A stretch of DNA of 64,000 bases from positions 16,345,939-16,409,938 of the forward strand of contig NC_092394.1 of the NCBI RefSeq assembly GCF_030028105.1, written 5' to 3'. The stretch is from Mobula birostris (Eukaryota). A program made the position numbers and the translations under genes. Position 1 is the first letter of the stretch. Every line of letters starts with the position of its first letter. Of this stretch, positions 27,848 through 40,032 are shown piece by piece. The notes under the pieces are model-generated. The model worked only from the letters and a program-made list of their open reading frames with translations, had not been told where the DNA came from and searched no databases.

Positions 27848-28470
27848 CCGACATCCCACCTCTCCCGGAACTTCCGGGAGTCTCCCGCAACTTCCGGGAG
27901 TCTCCCGCATATTAATAGTGGCTCCCTGATGCCCGCAAGTTATATACAATATCATGGAAATCAAGTTTTTTGAGAGCGAGCGAGAGAAAAGCAAGGGAGA
28001 GCGCGAAAGCGACCACGAGAGAGAGTGCACACGCGACAGCGAGAGTGAAGGCAAGCGAGCGTGCGAGCGAGAGACAGCGAGCGAGAGCGCGCCAGCGACC
28101 ACGAGAGAGAGAGCACGAGCGAGAGCGTGCCATTGCAGAGTGTTCCAAAAAAAAATAAAACGTACGTCACCCCAGACTACTCTAAAGTATACCCCTGCCT
28201 AATAGGGGTCAAAAATAATGACAGTGTTGCTCGCTGCGCTGTTTGCAACAGTGACTTTTCTATTGCCCATGGTGGGTTAAGACTGTAAAAGACATGTTGA
28301 GGTGAGTTTAACAGGTGTCATTTGTTCATTAGCATAGCTAACGTTATTTAAACTAGCTGGCTAGCTGCTAAGGAGCTACTCTATTGCAGACATCCCACCT
28401 CTCCCGGAAGTCTCCCGCAAATTGATGGTGCTACCTCCCTGAAATGAGTTTTCGCAGGGTGGGATGTCTG
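27848..28470 (+). mobile_element. Non-autonomous hAT-like DNA transposon nested in a SINE
   Basis: 13-bp TIR C(C/A)GACATCCCACC. BED-finger-like remnant ARCAVCNSDFSIAHGG..DCKRH followed by a GTGAGT donor. GTAAGG duplicated on both sides. Confidence 0.85.
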
Positions 28471-28826
28471 GTAAGGAGTCTGTGTATCCTCCCCGTGAAA
28501 CGTGTGGGTTTCCTCCGACAGTCTGAGGATCTGCTTGGGGAGCCCACGAGTATTGCTGTGCTTCTGGCAGCTGCCTAGCATTCCCATAACTTACTGACCT
28601 TGCTTCGATAGAATGTGGGGGAGCCTGGGACACCCAGAGGAAACTAGCTGTTCACAGGGAGTACGTACAGACAGAGCAGGTGTTGAACCCCAGTCGCTGA
28701 CATTGCAAAGCGTTAAGCTAGCCACCACACTACTGTACCACCCGAACAGACCAACGACCTTCGGCCATGCATCAGCGATCCATGGACATCTCGACCGGTC
28801 AGGGAGAGGGGGAACCCACTAATCAC

Positions 28827-28936
28827 CTGATCTCCTTCGGTGGCAGAGGGTCAACTTCAACTCCTTCTCCGAACGAGAGTGGGTGGAGTCTCGGTCCAAG
28901 GCCAGCATTCTGGAAAGTGGAAGTAATCAAAGGGTC
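28827..28936 (-). CDS. RFLNB: Refilin B coding exon 2 (110 nt)
   Basis: Acceptor ttctttctttgcag| (phase 0), donor AG|GTGATT (phase 2). PLSFGEGVEVDPLPPKEIR is RFLNB-type. Confidence 0.95.
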
Positions 28937-29608
28937 CTGCAAAGAAAGAAAAAGGAAAAGAAATGAACATACAAACAAATGGGTAGGCCACTTGAACCAG
29001 AGTCTACTCAAGCATTCAACAAATCAGCGGCTAATCTGAACAAAGCCAGCTCTGCATTCCTCCCCCCACCCCATCTCCAGTAGCGAGTGATCCACCTTCT
29101 TGCTCAAAGTTCTAAGTTTAAAAGTTCAAAGTGAATTTATTATCAAAGTATGTATATATCACCATGTACTGATATGGATTTTCTTTCAGGTATTCACAGC
29201 AGGATAAAGAAATGCAATAGGATCATTGGAAAACTACATCAAAGACTGACAAACAACCGATGTGCAAAAGATAAACTGTACAAATAAATGACGTGTTACG
29301 AGTCCAACACTGCTGCCAACAAATCCAAACATTCTGTACTCACTGATCTTTGAGGAAGGAAGTTCCAGTGACTCAGGACCCTCATAATTACACCTCATCT
29401 ACCGTGAAGTGAGTCACAGTAAACTTATTAACCAAGTACATGTACATCACCATATACTACCCTGAAATTCACTTTCTTGTTGGCATTTACAAATACAATA
29501 GAATTATGAAAAACCATGATGACCGACAATATACAAAAGACAAATTGTGCAAATAACTAAGTAAAACTAAGAGCACAAGTTGTAGAGTCCTTGAAAGTGA
29601 GTCTGTAG

Positions 29609-30459
29609 CACTGTTCCCTCCAAGCGGCATCGGTCGGTGGCCACACAGTGACCGAAATGCTGCCGCACACGTAGCCTTTGTTGCCGTGTAGATACAATTG
29701 ACAAAGTGAAAGGCCTACTTGCACTTACAAGTTCTGATGTTGATATCGCGCCTATTATTCAATCCATTCAACATGGGTATTGTCACTCGGATAATAAATT
29801 TCCTGCTGATGAGTTAAGGGAATGGCAAGCTTTTGACCCAGTTTTGAATTTGGAAAAGAGAATATTGCACGACTGACAAACAAAATACCTAGCTACTATT
29901 ACAAACTAAGACAGAAGCATTGCCTCAAACTAGCGCAGCAATACTGATTTTAAATATGTCTTCTCTGGGTAAGTCAAGACTGGTTCAATTAAGACATTCA
30001 CTAAGCTGATGAAACGAAGAATTTGAAGAACTGCCAATTCTTGTTGACATCCTTCGAACATTTCAATCTTCTAGTGCTGACTGCAAATGTGGATTCAGTC
30101 TGATAAATTCAATCAAATACAAATCCAGAAACTGACTAGAAGTGGAACATTTGGGTGATCTAATGAGGATTAAAACACATCTTTCACCTGAGTGCAAAAT
30201 TAATCTGGACAGTGTTTATAGAAAATAAATTTCTAATTAAAAAAGTTTACAAGGCGTAAAAGATTTTCTTTGTTGTACTGCATTTCATTATATCCTTTCA
30301 TAAGTGATTTTTCAATTGTTGTTCTAAATATTATAGTTTGTATATTTAAAAAAACCAAAAAACTAAAAATTAAAGTGCCGCGTAATTTTCAGGCAGAGTA
30401 GAAATCTCCTGCTCAGAGCAATGGTTGGTCCGCTCAGCTGTAAATTAGAGAGAACGTTG
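29609..30459 (+). mobile_element. Internally deleted hAT transposon
   Basis: Perfect 8-bp TSD GTCTGTAG at 29601-29608 and 30460-30467. Imperfect 15-bp TIRs. Degenerate hAT dimerisation domain SSADCKCGFSLINSIKYKSRN*L..HL.DLMRIK at about 30020-30180. Confidence 0.9.
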
Positions 30460-32997
30460 GTCTGTAGGTTGTGGAACAGTTCAGTGTTGTGGTGCGTGAA
30501 CTTATCCACACTGGTTCAGGAACCCGATGGCTGAAGGGTAATATTATTCCGGAGCCTGGTGGTGTGGGGCCAAAAGCTCCATTACCTCCTGCCCGACAGT
30601 AACTGTGAGAACAGAGCATGGCCCAGATGGTGGGGGTCCTTGATGATAGATGCTGCCGTCTTGCAGCAGAACTCCTTGCAAATGCCCTCAGTCCATTTCA
30701 GGCAAAGCCCTCCCCACTGTTTATTATTGCTGTTGCAAGACAACAAATTTCATGACATGAGCCAGTGACTTTAAACCCAATTGGGATTCACCACTTTCTG
30801 TACCCATTCCTAGGCACTGACGCTCCCGTACAAGACTGCGATGCACCCAGTTAGTATACTCTATACTGTATCTACAGAACTTTGTCAACGTTTTAGATTT
30901 CACCAGCCTCGGTCTGACATTTAGTGGACACCTAGGTTTTGAAGGCATTACCAGTCACCGCCTTTCACAGGAGTTCAAAACAAATAACCATTTTGTCCAA
31001 GAACATCTTGTCTTCAAAAAGAAACAATGACTATGGAGACATAACCATCCTTCCAACATTGATACTGTTCCAAACAAGAATGGGAGAAAAGTGATCAGGG
31101 ATGACCAGGGCAACCCCAACAATTTGATCACTCCCAATGCTTTCCACATCCACCAATTCACTTGCAACATTAGAACTTTGAAGTCCAAGCCTATTGACAA
31201 TACTGAGACAAGACCTCCCGATACCTCTCGGCCCTGGGACAGTAAACAGGGGTGTGGGTCGGGCAGGCAAAAAGAGCAAAGTGTCCCAGGAAAATAAACT
31301 CTTCAATGCCATTTACGTTGGGCTTCAAGTAGATGATGAGGTATTTAAGGGTTTTATTCCAGATACATCACTACAGGTGGAGTTTTACCATGAATTCATC
31401 AAGGTCCAAACACAGATAGTGCAACACTAACCGGACTGCGGGGGGATTGGGGGGCTCTGTTTCACTTTACTTGGAGCAGCTGGGGTTGAAGTGCAAAAAA
31501 AAAAATCCACCTCCATAACCAATCCGAGAATCCATCAATGACTGGGAAAGCAATTAGTTTACCAGCTCCCACCTGAATGCTTGAGACAAAGAATGGGCGG
31601 GAGAAAGAGGGACTTGAGGAAAGTCGACAGGCTGGAAATGCTGAGGGTCAGGGCGACCGCACACGGGACACGGGCTGGCTCTGACCTGTGGGCATGGAAG
31701 CTCTTGCTCGCTTTCCTTTCGTTCGTGGGCTGGGGTGACAGAGTACTGCTGTCAGAGCTCACTTAGGTTTCAGTTCCTCACCTACTGTCCCCATTATAGT
31801 CACAAATAACAATCCCCTCTTTTTTCCCAACAAATGCATATTGCTGGACAAGGCAATCAACAGAGCTTTCAGGCCCAGTGGGCATATCGTACCAATCCGT
31901 CAAAGCACAGAGCTGACAAGCCAAATAGTCTTTCCTTGATCCGCTCTGCATCACTTGTTCTGAAGGAGATTGCCTCTACTGCCAAGAAAATGGAATGACT
32001 GAAATTGTTCAACAGGCAATAAAAGCATTACTGCATTATATCTACAACAAATCCTAATTGGTTACATACTTTAGGGCACCAGGTAATTACCAGTTTGTCA
32101 CTCTTCATCTCCTCTGACAAGGCACAATTATCGGTAATTCAAGGGCAATTTCCCCAAGATAAACACGCCAGCATTCCCCGATTATCCCTTAATTATTAGG
32201 CTCCACTATTTATCTATTAGCAGAGCTGTCAGCCTGCGACCTGCTGTGTTGAGGCTGTTTCTGCAGGTCGGTAAGTAATCAGAGCTGTGCTACTCTCCGG
32301 CCCAAGAGTCAGCTAAGTTTCCATTCAATCCTCACTCAGTAAAATGGTCTCTCGGGGAACAACCATCACCTGAGTATAATGAGGGAGCATTTAGGCCTCT
32401 GACATGCCAAAACACCGTCCAGGCAAGGACGTCCTGATCTGAAATTCCCCTACATCGTAGGTCCAAGCCATCAGAAGTTACAGGTCATTTCCTCTCTTAT
32501 TCAGCAGCTGATAGAAGACTGCACCGATTCAGATTCATATATTTATCATCTGTACATCAAAACAAAGTGAAATATGCCGTTTGCATTAACTAACACAACC
32601 CAAGAATGTGCCCTTGGCTGGACAACACAGAGCACAACACAACAGCAGTGAAATAAGCCCATTTCCTTCTTCCCTCCTACCCACACGGACAGTCCTCTAG
32701 GCCTCCAGGCTTGGGTCTTCAACTTCTAATAGTCCAACGATCCCTGGACTAGCCAGTGACAGGACCCACAACCCCACTCCTCCAAATCAGGGCTCAGTGA
32801 CACGGTCCTTTGTACCTCCTGGTTGCACGGGCACCTGATCCCAGGATGCACCAACCTGAGGCAGCCCAACATCCATTGACGTCCCTTCGTCACCCGTCCG
32901 TGTCACTGGGTCTTCGAGATGCTGTGGATAGCCGACAGGTCAGGCAGCATCCCTGGTCGATAACCCTTCGGTATTGGGAGAGAGAAGACAAGCCATA

Positions 32998-33494
32998 AAC
33001 TGAGTGGATGTTTGTGGTCTCCTGTTGCTGTAGCCCATCCACTTCAAGGTTTGACGTGCTGTGCATTCAGAGATGACCTTCTGCGCACCACTCTGGTAAG
33101 GCACGATTATTTGAGTTGGTCACTTTCCTGTCAACTTGAAGCAGTCTGGCCATTCTCCTCTGACCTCCCTCATTAACAAGCCATTTTTGCCCTCAGAACA
33201 TCACTCCATTGGATGGTTTTTGGTTTTTTTGCACCATTCTCTATAAACTCTAAAGACTGTTACACATGAAAATCCCAGGAGATCAGCGGTTTCTGAGATA
33301 CTCAAACCGCCCTGTCTGGCACCAACAATCATTCCACGGTCAAAGTCACTAAGATCGCATTTCTTCTCCATTCTAATATTTGGCCTGAACGACTTGACCA
33401 CGTCTGCTTGCATTTATTCACTGAGTTGCTGCCACATGATTGGCTGATTAGATATTTGTATTAACGAACAGGTGTAACCAATAGCCACTGACTG
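32998..33494 (-). mobile_element. Tc1-like non-autonomous element
   Basis: Transposase N-terminal HTH DLSDFDRGMIVGARQGGLSISETADLLGFS; TA-flanked termini. Confidence 0.85.
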
Positions 33495-34739
33495 TACATT
33501 TTAAGCTGCAGAAAGCAGCAGGGATGGAGGAAAAAGAACAATAGTGTGTGTCTGTGTGTGTGTATCACCAGGATTGAACCCAGGTCACTGGAACGGAGAG
33601 GCATCAGCCTTCAAGCTATGCCATGTGCTGTGCAGATGCTGGGCACCTGAAACAAAAACAGAAAATGCCAGGGGTACCTGGCATTCCAGCGGCATCCGAG
33701 GATGGCAGAACCCGGAGAGAAGTGTGGGGGAAAGTCACCACAAGTTAGTGGCTTATCATATAGTTAATGGGCCAAATGGTCTTATGTCAGCAGGATGGAA
33801 ACAAAAGGGGGGACGATTTTCCAAATTACACCTGTAGTTCTGAGGGAAAAATAGTCCATATGGCTTCATCTCCAGGTAGAAAGAGGGAGGGACAAAAAAA
33901 AAATGAGTAAGATACTCCAGTGCGCAGAACATCTGATACAGCATCATCCAAATTCTATATTTTGTCCCAGAAAATATCCCAGGACTCACTCCAAGAATAG
34001 CAGTGGAAAAGTGGACTAGAACCTTAGTGTAGTACGGGAAAGCAGTTTGCAACTCCCAAGCACTTAAGTGACCTCACACGCAGGTCAAAACTGAATTTCA
34101 GTGTCATATCTGTGCCAATGAACTACAAATATTCCACGTTTATTTCTTATACCACAGTTGCTCAGAGCCAGCAAGCTCTGAGGAACAGTTTTGTGACCTA
34201 TTTATCTGATTTTGGTAATATGTCTGGTGGGGAGGGGGTGGGGGGTTACTGCAGGCCTCACTTCTGGCAGCTTCACAGACATCGGGTCCCTCGAGGGGAA
34301 TCGTACGTTAACCGTAGGTTCACTGAAGGCACACAATAATTGCAAAGTGACAAATGATCTGCATCAAGACCTCAATCAATATTCTCACTTAAGATAGCCT
34401 GCAGTCATCACATTGTTCCCTCGTTGGCCACAGCAGGACCTGGTTCAGGTCGGGTCAAGTCTGGCAAGGCGTATGGGCTCAAGCCGGGTCAGACGCCGCC
34501 AGCCTGCCTTGGTACTTCTTCCAGACTGACTGCATGCATGCATCCATCAATCATCAATATTTGGGTTAATTTGATCACGGGACATGGATCCTGTTCACAT
34601 CAACACTACCGTCCATCCTGAAGCACCTCAATTCTAAAACCCAACATAGTGGGCAAATTTAATAAACAAAACAGGCCAACAGATCAATTGCACAATCATT
34701 TCCTAGGATTAGTACTTTTTTATTTTAAACTGATCCTGA

Positions 34740-35903
34740 TCCCACACAGGAGATTAGTGTGCAAACTTAAAGCACACGGTATTGGGGGTAAGGTATTGGT
34801 GTGGGTGGAGAATTGGTTAGCAGACAGGAAGCAAAGAGTGGGAATAAACGGGACCTTTTCAGAATGGCAGGTGGTGACTAGTGGGGTACCGCAAGGCTCA
34901 GTGCTGGGACCCCAGTTGTTTACAATATATATTAATGACTTGGATGAGGGAATTAAATGCAGCATCTCCAAGTTTGCGGATGACACGAAGCTGGGTGGCA
35001 GTGTTAGCTGTGAGGAGGATGCTAAGAGGATGCAGGGTGACTTGGATAGGTTGGGTGAGTGGGCAAATTCATGGCAGATGCAATTTAATGTGGATAAATG
35101 TGAAGTTATCCACTTTGGTGGCAAAAATAGGAAAACAGATTATTATCTGAATGGTGGCCGATTAGGAAAAGGGGAGGTGCAATGAGACCTGGGTGTCATT
35201 ATACACCAGTCATTGAAAGTGGGCATGCAGGTACAGCAGGCGGTGAAAAAGGCGAATGGTATGCTGGCATTTATAGCGAGAGGATTCGAGTACAGGAGCA
35301 GGGAGGTACTACTGCAGTTGTACAAGGCCTTGGTGAGACTACACCTGGAGTATTGTGTGCAGTTTTGGTCCCCTAATCTGAGGAAAGACATCCTTGCCAT
35401 AGAGGGAGTACAAAGAAGGTTCACCAGATTGATTCCTGGGATGGCAGGACTTTCATATGAAGAAAGACTGGATGAACTGGGCTTGTACTCGTTGGAATTT
35501 AGAAGATTGAGGGGGGATCTGATTGAAACGTATAAGATCCTAAAGGGATTGGACAGGCTAGATGCAGGAAGATTGTTCCCGATGTTGGGGAAGTCCAGAA
35601 CGAGGGGCCACAGTTTGAGGATAGAGGGGAAGCCTTTTAGGACCGAGATTAGGAAAAACTTCTTCACACAGAGAGTGGTGAATCTGTGGAATTCTCTGCC
35701 ACAGGAAACAGTTGAGGCCAGTTCATTGGCTATATTTAAGAGGGAGTTAGATATGGCCCTTGTGGCTACGGGGGTCAGGGGGTATAGAGGGAAGGCTGGG
35801 GCGGGGTTCTGAGTTGGATGATCAGCCATGATCATAATAAATGGCGGTGCAGGCTCGAAGGGCCGAATGGCCTACTCCTGCACCTATTTTCTATGTTTCT
35901 ATG
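34740..35903 (+). mobile_element. Young 5'-truncated CR1 LINE (RT C-terminal half plus 3' UTR)
   Basis: SGVPQGSVLGP and KFADDTKL motifs. One in-frame TGA (35183) separates the two ORFs. Ends in (TTTCTATG)2. Confidence 0.95.
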
Positions 35904-37106
35904 ATTAGTGACGTCACAAAATAACTAAATTTTCAGCTAAATTTTTCTTCGGCCCTTGACCTTTTCCACCCATCTCCTCCCAGCTTCTCACTTCATCCCA
36001 TCCACCTGGCTCTAACTTGTACTCCTCCCCACCTTCTCATTCCGACTTCTGCCCCCTTCTTTTCCAGTCCTGAGGAGGGGTCTCGGCCCAAAGCGTCGAC
36101 TGGTTGCTGCTTTCCAGAGGGAAAATGCTGGCTGAGATCCTCTGGCGTCTTGTACATGTTACTCCGGATTTCTAGCATCTGCAGAACCACTTGTGCTCAG
36201 TCACAAAATAACCACTCAGCACCTTCTCTAAACAAAAAGAAATGCATCAATCTTTTAAATTACCCGAATTTAGTACCTCTGCAAGGAAGTTCAAGACACA
36301 AATTCTTCAGCAAGACAAACACTAACTCGGCCAGCACCTGCTATCTTGCCAGAGCAGTCCAATCGTGTTTTTTAAATGAGGGTCTCCCCTCCCCTTGAAT
36401 GTGGCACCCCAGAGAGGGGGAAAAAACCCATTCACGTTGTCTCAGATTGACCGCTTATAATTTCCCCCAATGGCAAGCAGTGTTCAGGAGGCAGCTCTAA
36501 GGCTTCAGAAGGCTCTGAAGATTTGCTGCTGTATGGTTTACGATGCTTGAACCCATTGCTGTTAACTGTCTCAAAAACATGTTATGATCCAATTAATGCC
36601 AAGATCGAAAAGGTACTTTGTGGACTTTAATCTAAACGAGATTAAGTTTCAAGGTTTAGCTCCAAACAGATTTTTCAAACTTTAACAACAATTTGGCATT
36701 TATTTAGCGATAGCGCGTGTAGTAGGCCCTTCCAGCTCTTCGAGCCATGCTGTCCCTGGACAAACCTGACTAATCCCAACCTCATCACAGGACAATTTAC
36801 AATGACCAATTAACCAACTATGTCTTTGGTCTATGGAAGGGAAAAAAAAATTACATCGAGCAGCCAGGGAAAAATCCACGCATTTTCCATGGGTTGACGT
36901 ACAGACGGCACCAGAATTGAACTCTGAACTCCAGCATGCCCCGAACTGTAATAGCATCACACTAACCACTACTGTGACCTTGTCTGGGAGCAAATGTTCT
37001 GCAGAAGCCTCTGACCCCAGTGAGAATTCTTTTGGTTGGAAGATGTTGGACTTGTCTATGAAGTACAGGCCATCACCACGATAGGAAACTACTTAATAGA
37101 CACTAC

Positions 37107-38026
37107 CTCTAAGCACATCTTTCCCTCCCCCCCCCTCTCTGCATTCCGCAGGGATCGCTCCCTACACAACTCCCTTGTCCATTCGTCCCCCCCATCCCTC
37201 CCCACTGATCTCCCTCCTGGCACTTATCCGTGTAAGTGGAACAAGTGCTACACATGCCCTTACACTTCCTCCCTTACCACCATTCAGAGCCCCAAACAGT
37301 CCTTCCAGGTGAGGCAACACTTGACCTGTGAGTCGACTGGGGTGATACACTGCGTCCGGTGCTCCCGATGTGGCCTTTTATATATTGGCGAGACCCGACG
37401 CAGACTGGGAGACCGCTTTGCTGAACATCTACGCTCTGTCCGCCAGAGAAAGCAGGATCTCGCAGTGGCCACACATTTTAATTCCACATCCCATTCCCAT
37501 TCTGACATGTCTATCCACGGCCTCCTCTACTGTAAAGATGAGGCCACACTCAGGTTGGAGGAACAACACCTTATATCCCGTCTGGGTAGCCTCCAACCTG
37601 ATGGCATTAACATCGACTTCTCTAACTTCCGCTAGGCCCCACCTCCCCCTCGTACCCCATCTGTTACTTATTTTTATGCACACATTCTTTCTCTCACTCT
37701 CCTTTTTCTCCCTCTGTCCCTCTGAATATACCTCTTGCCCATCCTCTGGGTCCCCCCCCCTTGTCTTTCTTCCCGGACCTCCTGTCCCATGATCCTCTCG
37801 TATCCCTTTTGCCAATCACCTGTCCAGTTCTTGGCTCCATCCCTCCCCCTCCTGTCTTCTCCTATCATTTTGGATCTCCCCCTCCCCCTCCAACTTTCAA
37901 ATCCCTTACTCACTCTTCCTTCAGTTAGTCCTGACGAAGGGTCTCGGCCTGAAACGTCGACTGTACCTCTTCCTAGAGATGCTGCCTGGCCTGCTGCGTT
38001 CACCAGCAACTTTGATGTGTGTTGCT
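37107..38026 (+). mobile_element. 5'-truncated Penelope-like element with an open GIY-YIG ORF
   Basis: VIHCVRCSRCGLLYIGETRRRLGDRFAEH...HF...E...GIN. 14-bp TSD TTAATAGACACTAC at 37093-37106 and 38027-38040. Near-identical to 4821-5810. Confidence 0.92.
37927..37962 (+). ncRNA. Intact minimal type-I hammerhead ribozyme motif
   Basis: Stem I agtc/gact, core CTGACGA, stem II agg/cct, GAAA, loopless palindromic stem III ACGT, GUC cleavage triplet ending at 37958. Confidence 0.8.
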
Positions 38027-38446
38027 TTAATAGACACTACACTTGAATGAGCTCCCATAATATTAAATTCAAAAGTCTGACATAACATACATATTGCCTC
38101 TCACCCCTCTTCTGGAAATTGTTCTTATTTGCTTTTGAAGTTGTTCTTTACAATACAAATGAAACCCATTCGTAATCTGGAGCCAGGCTGTATTACAGAA
38201 CAGAGGAGAAGTAAGAGTCACTGCATTAATCAATCTCAAAGCCCACCACTGAGGGCCAGGATTCTTAGTCATCTCCAAGGACAAACGCAAAAGTGAGGCC
38301 ACTTCTGATACACACTTCTCAATCCATTACATGACACTCAGCGGCCAATTTACAGGTACAGGAATGGAACCCGGTGTGGGGTCAAGTACTGTAGCCCATC
38401 CACTTCAAGGTTCGATGCCAGGCAGCATCTAAGGAAAAGAGTGAAC

Positions 38447-38481
38447 AGTCGATGTTTCGGGCAGAGACCCCTCATCAGGAC
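38447..38481 (-). ncRNA. Hammerhead motif, core intact, stem III mutated (ACAU)
   Basis: Reverse complement reads gtc-CTGATGA-ggg/gtctctg/ccc-GAAA-ca-TC-gact. Confidence 0.6.
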
Positions 38482-39837
38482 ACAGTACCATTTAAGGGGG
38501 AAAGTCCCAATCCTTCCCCCTCCCTCCCCCACCCCCAAACATGGAGGCAAGATCCTCTACAGTTCAAATAAGACAGAACATCAAAAAGCAGCCTGATCCA
38601 TTCCAGATTAACTAACTCCACAGCAGAACCACACACAAGTTATCTTCTGCCCCACAGTAAAATGAGCTTGGTGGATGGTCCCTTGAAAAGCAAGCACCAC
38701 CCCAGCATGCAAATTCTTGGTAGGCAGATCATCAATAGTGTAACCAAACCCTGGCTACTGCTTTGGTTAAACAAAGTATTAAATGGATCCAGCCATTGAA
38801 GAATCGAGTTCATTAGCAATAGCAAGTTGGAATAATCCAGCCTCGCTTGAGGCTGCAGAAAAACAATTTCCTGTGCAAAATGCTTTCCCAACAGTCATGC
38901 ATCAGGAACATTATTAGTATCGTGTGAGCAATGTTTGCACAGAAAACACTGGTTCCTTTCTGGTCATATTGTAGAAGGGCACGAGCTTATTTCAGCTGCG
39001 GGTGGGGGGGGGTGGATTTATTGTGTTCCCATCCAGCCCCACCCCACATCACCAAAATGAGACGCAGCATCCTCAGTCTCACATCCCTAATCTCCTTCAC
39101 ACACTTCTAAACACTTTTATCGTCTCGTCTCAAACTAAATTATGTAACTGTCACCACATACTACCTTGAGATTCGTTTTCTTACAGGCACCCACAGGAAA
39201 AAAAAAGAATCTACAAAAAAAAACCATAAACGTACAGAAATTATATATAAATCATACACAAGAGAACAGAGCGAGTCGACAGCCAGGTCAGAAACGGCTA
39301 GTACAAGGGGGCAAAGTTTTAAGACTGGTGGACAGTATAGCAGGGGGTGGGGGAGATGCCAGGGCAAATTTTACTTATTTATTGACATACAGTGTAGAAC
39401 AGGCTCTTCTGGCCCTTCAACCCTCCACTTAACCCTGGCCTAACCACAGGGCAATTTACAATGGCCAATCAACCTACCAACCGGTAGGTCTTTGCACTGT
39501 GGGAGGGAAACCCACGCGGCCACGGGTAGAATGTACAAACTGCTTACAGGCAGCGGCGGGACTTGAACCCTGGGCCGCTGGTACTGTAAAGCATTAAGCT
39601 AGGCTCTACACTACCACGTTCATTACACTGCGGTGAGTGATGGAACACCTTGCCAGGGCTAATGGTAAAGGCAGACAAACTAACAACATTTAAGAGACTC
39701 TCAGACTGGCACATGGATGTCAGAAAAATGGCAGGGGAGGTGGGGAAGCTGTGTGGGAATGAAGGGCTGGATTGACCTTAGCGTAGGTTAAAAGATTGGC
39801 ACAACATTGTGGGCCGAGGGGTCTGTACTGTACTGTA

Positions 39838-40032
39838 GGGGTGTATGGGGTGTCAGGGAGGGTTAGCACCTCTGGTGGGGGAACATGTCTCGTCCTTTTC
39901 AGGGCGGTTAGTCCACCTTTGGTCCCCACCTGGCACTCAGCTCTCACCTGTGGCTCCCCGTAGCTGTTCGCATGCGACAGCAGCCACACCCCGGGCCAAC
40001 GGCTCTGACAAGCCCGCTAAACCAGGTGAGGG
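39838..40032 (+). ncRNA. HDV-like self-cleaving ribozyme candidate
   Basis: P1, P1.1, P2, P3 and P4, an L3 starting UCCCCG, and J4/2 CUAA are all present in the correct order (coordinates in findings). Confidence 0.75.

Noticed and set aside
30880-31430. Coding-looking unique stretch with several overlapping ORFs
   Set aside because: No recognisable domain or splice signals; probably decayed retroelement sequence.
35143-35835. 230-aa and 134-aa minus-strand ORFs
   Set aside because: They are antisense shadows of the CR1 reverse transcriptase frame.
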